From contig CAYRPG010000005.1 in the NCBI GenBank assembly GCA_964426205.1, positions 44,574 through 108,573 of the forward strand: a stretch of DNA of 64,000 nt, read 5' to 3'. Positions 9,607 through 18,650 of the stretch are shown piece by piece. The first letter of the stretch is position 1; every line of letters begins with the position of its first letter. Source of the DNA: an uncultured Methanomassiliicoccus sp. (GTDB taxonomy: Archaea; Thermoplasmatota; Thermoplasmata; Methanomassiliicoccales; Methanomassiliicoccaceae). The notes under the pieces were generated by a model. It saw only the letters and a list, made by a program, of their open reading frames with translations, had not been told where the DNA came from and made no database searches. Both the position numbers and the translations under genes were made by a program.

Positions 9607-9913
9607 TGCCTGTCCCGAGCAAGGGCCAGGTGCTAAAAGACATTAAACTGGTGATGTCTATTTATATAAGTATGTTAACGCTCATTTATTGTTCTACACA
9701 GATTATTAGATGAACGATGCCAGACGATCCAACGGATTCTCCATAATCAGGGCGTTATAAGAACGTGTATAGGGAGACCATGAACGAGGTCGACCCTCCA
9801 TAGGGGCATGATGGCCGTGATGAGTTCGCTGATCGGCGTTTCGACCAGAGGCCAGTATTGGTCGGATCTACTGGTCAGGATCCCATTAGCTATAATGTGC
9901 ATCGGGTGGAGGG

Positions 9914-10474
9914 CTAGGCCTCTGGGAGCTCCCGATCGAGCAGTATCAGGGCGTCGTACATGCCGACCAGACCTACGACCCTGGACGTTGCCACCCCGAT
10001 CTCAGGGTCCCTTGATAGGTTGCTCCATGTCGCCATCAACCTGGCGGTCCGGTCAGGGATCGTCCCTAGACCAATGATCAGATTCTTCCTAGTACCATAG
10101 GCTACCAGCTGCCTCATGAGCTCCTCGCTCTCTCTTACCCTGGTGAGCTGAGGTTTGATCTCTTCAGTAACAATATCGACCGCTTTTCGAAAAACCGCGA
10201 TGCTCACAGTTTCCATTATCCTGCTACGCGTTAGCTTCCCCGGCAGCACAATGCCGTCTGGGACGGTCCCCCTCTCAGACGAAACGATCATGCTTCTCAG
10301 CATGGCAAGGTTCGATGCTATGGGCACTTTGCTCTTCGCCATCAGCTCCTCCATCCTCACCAGCCATTCTTTTACCGATGGGGGGAAGGCCCTATCATGC
10401 CGATCATACATGTCCACCATGGAGGGGGCTTGCAGGAGAAGTTCCTGAACCACGTCCAATGAGGGGATGTTCAT
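9914..10474 (-). CDS. hypothetical all-helical protein, third gene of the low-GC cassette
   Basis: 186 aa, starting 9 nt after the stop of the upstream gene. No motif I recognise. Confidence 0.55.
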   Translation of the reverse strand: MNIPSLDVVQELLLQAPSMVDMYDRHDRAFPPSVKEWLVRMEELMAKSKVPIASNLAMLRSMIVSSERGTVPDGIVLPGKLTRSRIMETVSIAVFRKAVDIVTEEIKPQLTRVRESEELMRQLVAYGTRKNLIIGLGTIPDRTARLMATWSNLSRDPEIGVATSRVVGLVGMYDALILLDRELPEA

Positions 10475-10483
10475 TGTGCTCGC

Positions 10484-11182
10484 CTATTCGGGAACCAGAC
10501 GGCTTTTCATCCCGCCCTTTGTGTCGATCCTTGTTATCTCGAACCCATCCTCCGACATGGTGATGTGGAGGGTCACGAGGTTCTCGAGTGGGCCTGCCTG
10601 CATCACCTCTGCCGTCGTGGCCTTGACACTTAGCCGGGGAGGCTGAACAGATAGTCCTACGGCCTTCGCCCTAACCGCCGGTACGAGCTCATCGGAGAAC
10701 CTCTGCGCAGACTCCTCATCAGGCAACCACCCAGTTTCCTTGAGGTAGGACAAAGCGGTGGATGAGGCTTCATCCGCTATGCCAACGACACCGACCGACA
10801 CCTCTACCGGTTGTTCAGACCTCGCCATGGTGTTGGTTATACGGTTGACCAGTTCGTTCTTCTCATCCCCGCTCAGGCCCAGTTTGAACTTCCGCATTTT
10901 TGTTTCCACGGTTTGCTGGATCCCTTTCTTCAGATCGTCTTTTGACACTCCTCCTCTTGGTGAGAGGTGCCCTTTAGGTTCCTCGATCTTATCTATGATT
11001 ACCGGGACCGCGAGCTCTATCGTCGGAAGCCTGAAATGAGGTACCGGGAAATGTTGCAGGATCGGGTCGGCATCGTAATAGTCGGCGATCCTCTTAGTCT
11101 CCAGGTCAACCTGATGCCTCGCGATTATCAGCTCTGATGCGATCGTTCCGACCAGATCTCCAAGATATGGCATGTCGACCAC
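10484..11182 (-). CDS. hypothetical protein, paralog of the 11243-11875 product
   Basis: 232 aa. It shares with the upstream gene an N-terminal helix motif (LGDLVGTIASELIIARHQ versus FASMIGGPLTAVVNAQAQ) and a second motif (FRLPTIELAVPVIIDKIEE versus LRVPILTMLPIPFIRIEE). Confidence 0.6.
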   Translation of the reverse strand: MVDMPYLGDLVGTIASELIIARHQVDLETKRIADYYDADPILQHFPVPHFRLPTIELAVPVIIDKIEEPKGHLSPRGGVSKDDLKKGIQQTVETKMRKFKLGLSGDEKNELVNRITNTMARSEQPVEVSVGVVGIADEASSTALSYLKETGWLPDEESAQRFSDELVPAVRAKAVGLSVQPPRLSVKATTAEVMQAGPLENLVTLHITMSEDGFEITRIDTKGGMKSRLVPE

Positions 11183-11242
11183 TCGTCCTGTCCTACCATG
11201 ATTTTCATTGGGGCGACTGCTTGATCAGGGCTAAGGTCATCC

Positions 11243-11875
11243 TCAGCTCGAGTGGGGCTTGTCCTGCATCGACCCCTCCAGCATCGTCAATAGCCTCTCC
11301 AGACCTGCTGGCATCTCATCCTGCACCGCCCGAACATGGATTGCCATCGAATAGGTACGTTCCACGTTCGAGCCGGACTCCGTGTTCCTCTTGTAGGAGA
11401 CCGATACATTGAGCTTCGCACTTGCTGTCAGCCATCCAGCCTTTGCCTCAAGGCTTGAGGATATGTCAAGCTCGCTGGTGGTTTTCGAATATTCCATCGA
11501 GTTGATCTTGGCATTGAAATCGATCGTTGTCTCTTCGATCCTTATGAAGGGTATCGGGAGCATGGTGAGTATTGGCACCCGGAGATCGAACGTGCCGTAC
11601 TTCGGATCGGTGCCCTTCTGTTCGGGATGGTCTGCCGGTGGCGGGACATATGGCGTTATCATCTTTGTGTAGGTGAAATCCACATACACCGGTTCAATGT
11701 CCGTTTCTGTTGCACCGGATTTATCGGATTTCTTGAACCCTACGGCCTTTATGAAGTTCACAGAGCTCAAGGCTGCTTGAGCCTGTGCGTTCACCACAGC
11801 CGTTAGGGGCCCGCCGATCATAGACGCGAAGTCTATGCTAGATAGCTCTGTTCCTGGGTCAACCATTCTCTCCAC
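11243..11875 (-). CDS. hypothetical protein (recalls DUF2589; unverified memory), first gene of the low-GC cassette
   Basis: 210 aa: an N-terminal amphipathic helix followed by a beta-rich C-terminal half. Preceded by a 420-bp AT-rich spacer. Confidence 0.6.
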   Translation of the reverse strand: MERMVDPGTELSSIDFASMIGGPLTAVVNAQAQAALSSVNFIKAVGFKKSDKSGATETDIEPVYVDFTYTKMITPYVPPPADHPEQKGTDPKYGTFDLRVPILTMLPIPFIRIEETTIDFNAKINSMEYSKTTSELDISSSLEAKAGWLTASAKLNVSVSYKRNTESGSNVERTYSMAIHVRAVQDEMPAGLERLLTMLEGSMQDKPHSS

Positions 11876-12296
11876 CCCATGTTAGACTTTTCTATATTTC
11901 TAGAACGTCCTCTATTTAATAGTGATTATAGCATGCTACTTTCTTTTAATTTCAAAATAATTCTTATGACCTCGGTAGGGGGGACAGACAGACCATGGAC
12001 ATCTGGGGGCAGAATCCGAGGACAAGGTCCTAATGCTGGTGCCGGTCCCCCTGGGAGATCGAAGGGTAGTTAGAACCGCTGAGATACTTCCTCCCCATCC
12101 GCGACGCCCGTCGCGGAGAATTTTGAGAACGGTCCACAGGTCATCGGTTAATAAAAATCGAAGGAGGCCCTGTACTGGAAAATATATGCTCTTTTTAAGG
12201 CATCTATGATCTCGATCGATCACCCATTCAGGTCTGCAACATACAATAATGAACTCGAGATTCTAGAGTAGAGACATCCTATCGTGCAGGTGAGAG

Positions 12297-12575
12297 ATGG
12301 TGTCCAAGGAAAGGGCTGCGCTGCTGTGGGAGCAGTGGGTGATGGGGTTGAGCCCCGCTCTGTTCATGGAGAGGGCACAAGACCTGGCCTTGAACCTAGG
12401 TGCCTGGTGGACCACTCCCAGGAAGGCCGTCCAGTGGTACTTGGATCACCTGGACGACATATTCGGCCCTGGATCTTCGGACCAGGCCCCCGAGGACCTG
12501 GAGGATGCCCTGGTGCAACACATCAAGGATGAGCTTGGGGTGGATGATGATTCGCCTTGGCATGTAGCGGCTTGA
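12297..12575 (+). CDS. small acidic hypothetical protein
   Basis: 92-aa ORF with GGTGAGAG 0 to 1 nt before the ATG. Divergent from the cassette. No homology recognised. Confidence 0.3.
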   Translation: MVSKERAALLWEQWVMGLSPALFMERAQDLALNLGAWWTTPRKAVQWYLDHLDDIFGPGSSDQAPEDLEDALVQHIKDELGVDDDSPWHVAA

Positions 12576-12686
12576 GATAAGGCCGAGCGTGACCTTGCCA
12601 GCACATTGTCAGATGAGAAGAAGTGTGTCGTGGGCCCAGATCTCTTCGGGCCCACCATTCAGATGGATGGTGGAGAAAGGCGACGA

Positions 12687-13181
12687 TCAGTGGTGATCGT
12701 GCTCATTCTCATGGTCGTGATGGTGCTCGTGCTCATGATCATGCTCATGAGCGTGGCCGTGCCCGTCATCACCATGCGCGTGCTCGTGCTTCTCCAGGTC
12801 CTCCAGGGTCAGGTGGCCACCGGGCACCGAAAGCTCCTGGCGGACCAGGGGATCGACGATCTCCTGTATCTTGGACCTCTTGAGACCATACAGCAGGACG
12901 TTGATGATGACGTCCATCTCCTTGATGCCTTCCTGGAGCTCTCCCCTGGTGTGCGGCTGCCCGGAAGCGTCGACCACGCTGACCGCCAGGAATCCCTTTC
13001 CTCCGGTCTCCACGATGCACTTTATGTGGCCGATGAGGTCAGCTCCCTCGTTCATGCATTCGAGCGCGATCTTGGTCAGCAGGCCTTCTATCCTGCGGGT
13101 CATCTCGGCGGATGACGTCCCATTATGAAGGTGCACGTCCGCTCCGACGGCGTAGGCTGCGAAATCTGGAGTTATCATCAC
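12687..13181 (-). CDS. His-rich metal-binding protein, likely the detached C-terminal partner of the adjacent COG0523 GTPase
   Basis: 164 aa ending in EKHEHAHGDDGHGHAHEHDHEHEHHHDHENEHDHH. Its start (GTG 13181 or ATG 13178) overlaps the upstream stop codon. Confidence 0.65.
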   Translation of the reverse strand: MMITPDFAAYAVGADVHLHNGTSSAEMTRRIEGLLTKIALECMNEGADLIGHIKCIVETGGKGFLAVSVVDASGQPHTRGELQEGIKEMDVIINVLLYGLKRSKIQEIVDPLVRQELSVPGGHLTLEDLEKHEHAHGDDGHGHAHEHDHEHEHHHDHENEHDHH

Positions 13182-13771
13182 ATCACCATCGCATCGACGA
13201 CCTTGTCCATGTTGGTACCTTCGGTCGCGGATATCGGGATGATGGGCTTTGAGCCGTTGATGTCCCTCAGAACGCCGGCCATCCTGTCGATCTCCGAAGC
13301 GCTCACGGCATCCATCTTGTTGAGCAGTATGAGATCGGCAGAGCTGACCTGGTTCGTGAGAGGGCGACCCAGGGCCTTGAGGATCACGTCAAAGCGGGAG
13401 GCGTCGACGATGACGGCGGACCTGATGCTAAGCCCATCGCCGTCGTACGTGTCCATGGCGCGAACGATGGCCGAGGGGTCAGCGACACCGGTCGGCTCGA
13501 TCACCACGAGGTCCGGAGCGATCTGGTTCTCGATATCCTTCACCGTCTGCAGCAGATCGGCCCCCAGCGTGCAGCAGATGCAACCGCTGGCGAGCTCCTT
13601 GACGTTCAGGCCATACTTGCTCATGACCTTGCCGTCGATGCCCACGGTCCCGAAGTCGTTCACGATGATCACGACCTTCTTTCCGGTCCGTTCGATGATG
13701 CGGCTAATGACGGAAAGAACCAACGTGGTCTTGCCAGAGCCCAGAAAACCAGCGACGATGAGCATCTCCAT
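13178..13771 (-). CDS. G3E-family (CobW/COG0523-like) metallochaperone GTPase, GTPase domain only
   Basis: Begins at MEMLIVAGFLGSGKTT (P-loop) and has the GCICCT CxCC motif and an NKMD G4 motif. Only about 197 aa, so it lacks the usual C-terminal domain. Confidence 0.8.
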   Translation of the reverse strand: MEMLIVAGFLGSGKTTLVLSVISRIIERTGKKVVIIVNDFGTVGIDGKVMSKYGLNVKELASGCICCTLGADLLQTVKDIENQIAPDLVVIEPTGVADPSAIVRAMDTYDGDGLSIRSAVIVDASRFDVILKALGRPLTNQVSSADLILLNKMDAVSASEIDRMAGVLRDINGSKPIIPISATEGTNMDKVVDAMVM

Positions 13772-13839
13772 GTTACAGCACCTAGCTATATTGCGATTCG
13801 GGGAACGGTATTTAACGATATATCCGAAACGGTCGTCGA

Positions 13840-14115
13840 CTACCTGAGCTTCGATAAATGGTAACGCAGCCCGTTGGGGAAGGCGGAGCACAAATGATCC
13901 TCTTCCTGCACCTCATCGTCCAGTCCCTGAAAGTGCCGGTCAAGCGCTTCCTTCTCCTCGGCGATGCGGCGGTTGCGGCACCTGGAGCACTCTACCCGCT
14001 TTCCCAGATCATGCTTTCTGCGGACAATGTCCGTATCCAGGTCGGCGATGGCGCCACAGCCGCACAGGGCCTTGTTCATCAAGTTCGGACCAAACATGAG
14101 CTCTACCTCTAGCAA
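13840..14115 (-). CDS. small Cys-containing hypothetical protein
   Basis: 91-aa ORF with CGC...CSRC, upstream of and co-oriented with the GTPase gene. Weak support. Confidence 0.35.
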   Translation of the reverse strand: MLEVELMFGPNLMNKALCGCGAIADLDTDIVRRKHDLGKRVECSRCRNRRIAEEKEALDRHFQGLDDEVQEEDHLCSAFPNGLRYHLSKLR

Positions 14116-14453
14116 TGCTTGATCCCATCGGATCGACCCTCGGCAATCCCATCCCGTCCTATCGGACGTCTACTTACCTTGATGATCCTATGAGAGATGC
14201 ATAGCCTTAGCTAATGACCTTTATTTGATAGGGGAATATTTTTAAAGGACCTGCTCCCACGGCCGAGGGTTCCCCCCACACGGCCTATGGTTCATAACAG
14301 GTTCTATAGGCAAGAACTAGAGGTCAGGCTTAAAGATTTCCTTAACAGGTTAGAACCTAAGATTTCATAAAAAGCATATGCTGGCCATTCTGGATGGTGA
14401 TACGATCGATATCAATTATCATACCGATGGAAAGATCAACATCGGAGGGAGGC

Positions 14454-14918
14454 TCAGGCCTTCCCGCCGTTCTCCGGAAGGTCGTCCCGAGGGCGGTAGG
14501 GGAACACCTCGACATCCACCGGTATGCCGTTCCTCACGCTCTGCGTGACGATGCAGAAGTCCTCGAAGAGCGAGCGACAGCGCTTGAACTTCTCATCGTC
14601 GGCCACCTGGGGGAACATCTTCACCGACATGTGGGTTATGCGCAAGCGGCCTTTCTCGTTCCTCCCCAGGGTGGTGGAGACCTCGGCGCATATCTTGGGC
14701 AGCTCGGAGCGGGACCTCTCCATACAGAAGACGAGCGAAGCGCACAGGCAGTTGCCGACCGCGGCCGCCAGGAGCTTTCCGGCGTTGGGGTGCTCCCCCG
14801 TCCCCAGGGGGGCGGGCTCGTCCATCACAATGTCCTCTATCTTGTCGTTGTTGAAGGACACCCGGAACCTGTAGTGCTCCTCCCTCGTTATCTTGGTCAG
14901 GAACTCGGTCTCTTCCAC
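14454..14918 (-). CDS. OsmC/Ohr-family peroxiredoxin-like protein
   Basis: 154 aa with two conserved Cys regions (GNCLCASL, FCIVTQS) typical of OsmC. Confidence 0.8.
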   Translation of the reverse strand: MEETEFLTKITREEHYRFRVSFNNDKIEDIVMDEPAPLGTGEHPNAGKLLAAAVGNCLCASLVFCMERSRSELPKICAEVSTTLGRNEKGRLRITHMSVKMFPQVADDEKFKRCRSLFEDFCIVTQSVRNGIPVDVEVFPYRPRDDLPENGGKA

Positions 14919-16124
14919 CTAGGGCATCTCCATTTTCTGCAGTTGCCTCAGCACGTCTGCGCGTATATCGCTCGCGGACCTCTCCGGCACCAGCCGGCGT
15001 CCCTTCTCCATCAGCTTGGTGTACGCCGGCACCATCTCCTCCCCGCACTTGGCGCAGCAGGGGACCTCGTCAGCGCTGGCCGATACCTCATAGGTAAAGC
15101 AGTCAGGGCAGTGGTAAAGGTTCTTGCGACCTCCGAACTTGCCGCGCTTGGCCACTGGCCTGTCCCCGATCGCCACGATGTCCAGCGCGAAGTCGACGGT
15201 AGGCGCGTTGGATATGCTCGTTCCCACACCGAAGCCGTCCGCTCCAGCTTGGGCGAGGCTCGCAAGCGTCTTCTCGTCCAGGCCTCCGGACACGAAGATG
15301 CTGACGTTCTTGAACCCACGGAGGTCCAGCTCCCATCGGACCTCCCTGATGAGCTCGGTGAACGAGCCACGGCGGGAGCCTGGGGTGTCGAGGCGGACCC
15401 CGGCGAGGTCCTTGACGGCCTCGCAGGCGGCGATGGCCTCGGTCTTCTCATCGGAGTACGTGTCAACGAGCACCGTTCTGGGAACGCTCGGCTCCACGAT
15501 CTCGTCGAAGGCCTTGAACGCCTTGATGGAGTCGCCCATCATGATGATGAGCGCGTGAGGCATGGTGCCTTCCGGGGGCTTCCCGATCGTCTCCGCTCCC
15601 ATCAGGGAGGACACCGCGTCGCACCCACCGATGAACGAGGAGCGGTCCAGCATCGGTGATATCGCCGGATGCGTCCTCCGGATCCCGAAGGCGATCATGG
15701 GGTGGTCACCAGCGGCCTTGCGGCACCGCGCCGCCATGGTCGCCACGCCGGTGGAGTGGCACAGGAAGCCGAGCAGGGGGGTCTCGAAGATGCAATACTC
15801 CGAGTACGGGCCTTCGATGTTGAGCACGGGGAGCTTCACTCCGCTCTGGGTGCGGGAGGGGAAGATCGTTCCCTCCGGAAGCCCCCAGATGTCCACGTTC
15901 TTTCCCTCCATGAGGCGGAGGGCCTCTTCCATCCCGGTGAGCACGGCCCACGGCCACTCCCTAGGGAGCTTGGCCACCGTCATCTCGGCAAGGGCGATGT
16001 TATCAGCAAGTCCCTTGGCCTTGAGGATCTCCATGGTCCTGACGAAATAGATGTCAGTTGTACGTCCATTCTGGATGTCCTCATCGGAAGCGGTGAAGAA
16101 CCGCTTCCCCTCCTTCCGTTCCAT
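14919..16124 (-). CDS. nicotinate phosphoribosyltransferase (archaeal type with C-terminal zinc ribbon)
   Basis: 401 aa: N-terminus with TDIYF, a PRTase barrel, and a C-terminal CPDC...CCAKCG. Confidence 0.8.
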   Translation of the reverse strand: MERKEGKRFFTASDEDIQNGRTTDIYFVRTMEILKAKGLADNIALAEMTVAKLPREWPWAVLTGMEEALRLMEGKNVDIWGLPEGTIFPSRTQSGVKLPVLNIEGPYSEYCIFETPLLGFLCHSTGVATMAARCRKAAGDHPMIAFGIRRTHPAISPMLDRSSFIGGCDAVSSLMGAETIGKPPEGTMPHALIIMMGDSIKAFKAFDEIVEPSVPRTVLVDTYSDEKTEAIAACEAVKDLAGVRLDTPGSRRGSFTELIREVRWELDLRGFKNVSIFVSGGLDEKTLASLAQAGADGFGVGTSISNAPTVDFALDIVAIGDRPVAKRGKFGGRKNLYHCPDCFTYEVSASADEVPCCAKCGEEMVPAYTKLMEKGRRLVPERSASDIRADVLRQLQKMEMP

Positions 16125-16194
16125 GTCCTTGGTCCCTCGGAGTGCCGTGAACGGTTCCTATCTGTTTAATGATTGCCTTACGGTGAAGACCCCA

Positions 16195-17487
16195 TCACGA
16201 CGGTCGGAACGCAGAGCGCCCGGCGTACCTCGCCCGTTCGCCTAGGCGCTCCTCGATCCTCAGCAGGCGGTTGTACTTGGCCGTCCTCTCCCCCCTGGCG
16301 GGAGCGCCGGTCTTGATCTGGCCGCACCCGAGCGCCACGGCGATGTCGGCGATGGAGGTATCCTCGGACTCACCGGAGCGGTGGCTGACCATGACCGCGT
16401 ACTTGGAGCGCTGTGCAAGCGCGGCCGCGTCCATGGCCTCCGAGACCGTGCCGATCTGGTTGACCTTTAACAGTAGAGCGTTCCCGGCCTTGGCCTCGAT
16501 GCCGATGCGCAGCCTCTCGGGGTTGGTTACGAACAGGTCATCGCCCACGAGCTGTAGCTTCTTGCCCATCTTGGCGGTCATCTCCGCCATGGTCTTGAAG
16601 TCGTCCTCCATGAACGGGTCCTCGAGGCTGATGAGCGGATAGCGGGCCTTGAGGTCAGCGTAGAAGTCGATGAGCTCACCGGGGCTCAGCCGCTTGCCGT
16701 CGACGTTATAGACGCCGTCCTCGTAGAACTCCGAGGCCGCCGCGTCCATTGCCAGGCAGACGTCCTTTCCCGGGACGAAGCCCGCGGCCTCGATGGCCTT
16801 CACGATAACGTCCAGCGCCTGGTCGGTGGTGTCCACGGGAGGGGCGAACCCGCCCTCGTCCCCGATGTTGACCGCGCCGACCCCGTAGGCCTCCTTCAGC
16901 TTCTTCTTCAGGGAGTGGTACACCTCGGTACCGGTGCGCAGCGCCTCAGCGAAGGTCGGGGCCCCGACCGGAGAGACCATGAACTCCTGGATGCGCAACT
17001 TGGTGCCGGCGTGCTTCCCTCCGTTGAGGATGTTCATCATCGGCACGGGGAGCATGTGGCTGCCGGCCTGAAGATGCTCGTGGAGCGGCATTCCCCTCAC
17101 CTCGGCGCCTGCCCTGGCGACGGCAAGGGAGACCGCGACCGTTGCGTTGGCGCCCAGCTTGGACTTGTTGGGCGTACCGTCCAGCTCTATCATCCGGAGG
17201 TCCACGGCCCTGAGATCGGTGACGTCCATGCCTATCAGCTGGGGGGCGATGACCTCTCTCACGCCCTTGACGACATTTGCCACACCCTTGCCGCCGTACC
17301 TCTTGCCCCCGTCCCTCAGCTCGAGGGCCTCGTGCGAACCGGTCGACGCTCCGGAAGGAGCGATCGCGGTGACCGTCACCTTTCCGGCCTCGACCTCTGC
17401 CTCTACCGTCGGATTGCCTCTGGAATCAAGGACCTCCCGGGCCCACACACGAGTGATCTTGGACGACATGATATTCCCTGCATCCAT
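16195..17487 (-). CDS. eno: enolase
   Basis: REVLDSRGNPTVE N-terminal motif and SHRSGETED-like SHRSGESED. The start may be Met7. Confidence 0.9.
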   Translation of the reverse strand: MDAGNIMSSKITRVWAREVLDSRGNPTVEAEVEAGKVTVTAIAPSGASTGSHEALELRDGGKRYGGKGVANVVKGVREVIAPQLIGMDVTDLRAVDLRMIELDGTPNKSKLGANATVAVSLAVARAGAEVRGMPLHEHLQAGSHMLPVPMMNILNGGKHAGTKLRIQEFMVSPVGAPTFAEALRTGTEVYHSLKKKLKEAYGVGAVNIGDEGGFAPPVDTTDQALDVIVKAIEAAGFVPGKDVCLAMDAAASEFYEDGVYNVDGKRLSPGELIDFYADLKARYPLISLEDPFMEDDFKTMAEMTAKMGKKLQLVGDDLFVTNPERLRIGIEAKAGNALLLKVNQIGTVSEAMDAAALAQRSKYAVMVSHRSGESEDTSIADIAVALGCGQIKTGAPARGERTAKYNRLLRIEERLGERARYAGRSAFRPS

Positions 17488-17533
17488 TGATGCGAGAGGG
17501 GATATGAGCAGACCCTACTTAATCCCGATGAGC

Positions 17534-18541
17534 TCACCGGGCGATCTTGACCGGGGGGCGGACGTCTCCCTCGATGGTCTCCATGTTCCGCTCCAGAAGC
17601 GCCATCTCCCTCACGTCCAAAGCTCTCGGGTCGACCGAGATGATCAGACGGGACCTGTACTCCATGACCACCTCGGTTATGCGGTGGATCATCTTGAGCA
17701 CCTTGTCGAAGCCGTTGTTGACGATGAGGAACTCGATCCCATCGATCATCACCACGCTGTCGTCCGACTTCTCGATGAACCGGATCACGGTGTCGCCCAA
17801 TATGCCGATGTTGGCGGGGTTGACGTACACCTTGCCGAGCTGGTTGCTGAGCCAGATGATCGGCGTTTCATCGAGCGCCCATTCCTGCCGCACGGTCGCC
17901 GGGTACTGCCTCGTGATGCACAGTCCCTGTATGTTGTGGGTGACCTGGTCGGTGAAGATATCGAAGGACTTGACCGCCTTCTGCTCCTTGACCAGGTAGC
18001 TCAGGCCGGGCCGGAGCTCGTATTTCTTGGCCACCCTGGTGGCCCTCTCCTTCCCCTCGGACCCCTCGCCCTTCTTCTTACCGCTGAACAGCGAGAACAG
18101 GCGGGGCTCCTCCTTCGGCTGTGCTTCCACCGGTGCCGAGGGCTTCTCCTCCAGCACCGACTTCAGGCGGTCGGACAGGTCCTTGTTGTTGAACGGCTTC
18201 CTGATGTAGCCGGACACCACGTCCTGGAGACCGAAGATGTCGGTCCCCACATCAGTGGTGGCGGTCAGCATCATGACCTTGGTCTTGGCGGTTATCCCCT
18301 CCTCCTTCAGCTTCCGGAGGACCGTCCAGCCGTCCATGTCCGGCATGTTGATGTCCAGGAGTATCAGGTCAGGATGCTCGGCGGCCGCCTTCTCCAGCGC
18401 CTCCTTCCCTCCGGAGGCGATGCATGGGTCGAAGCCTGCACCGGAGACCAGTTCTGATACTATGTCCAGGATGGCTGGGTTATCGTCAACTATCAGAACC
18501 TTCTTGATACCTAATGCCTCCTGGATTGCTATTGACGTCAA
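17534..18541 (-). CDS. CheY-like response regulator fused to a DUF835-type output domain
   Basis: Receiver (KKVLIVDDNP...DINMPDMDG) plus a C-terminal GLCITRQYP...WLSN region. The listed 398-aa ORF overlaps rpl40e out of frame, and there is no ATG before the receiver, so TTG at 18541 is proposed as the start. Confidence 0.65.
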   Translation of the reverse strand: MTSIAIQEALGIKKVLIVDDNPAILDIVSELVSGAGFDPCIASGGKEALEKAAAEHPDLILLDINMPDMDGWTVLRKLKEEGITAKTKVMMLTATTDVGTDIFGLQDVVSGYIRKPFNNKDLSDRLKSVLEEKPSAPVEAQPKEEPRLFSLFSGKKKGEGSEGKERATRVAKKYELRPGLSYLVKEQKAVKSFDIFTDQVTHNIQGLCITRQYPATVRQEWALDETPIIWLSNQLGKVYVNPANIGILGDTVIRFIEKSDDSVVMIDGIEFLIVNNGFDKVLKMIHRITEVVMEYRSRLIISVDPRALDVREMALLERNMETIEGDVRPPVKIAR

Positions 18542-18650
18542 AGCGATAAGCTTGGTTAAAAATCTATCCCTTCCAATTAGGAAAGATATTAATTGGGGAA
18601 GGGTGTGGTCGGGAGGCTTGGACCTCCACGAAAAATAGCCAGGGGAAGGA

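Noticed and set aside
11879-12073. 64-aa ORF in the AT-rich spacer upstream of the cassette
   Set aside because: Its composition switches from Phe/Leu/Ile/Asn-rich (AT-rich DNA) to Gly/Arg/Pro-rich (GC patch). This reflects the underlying base composition rather than a protein.
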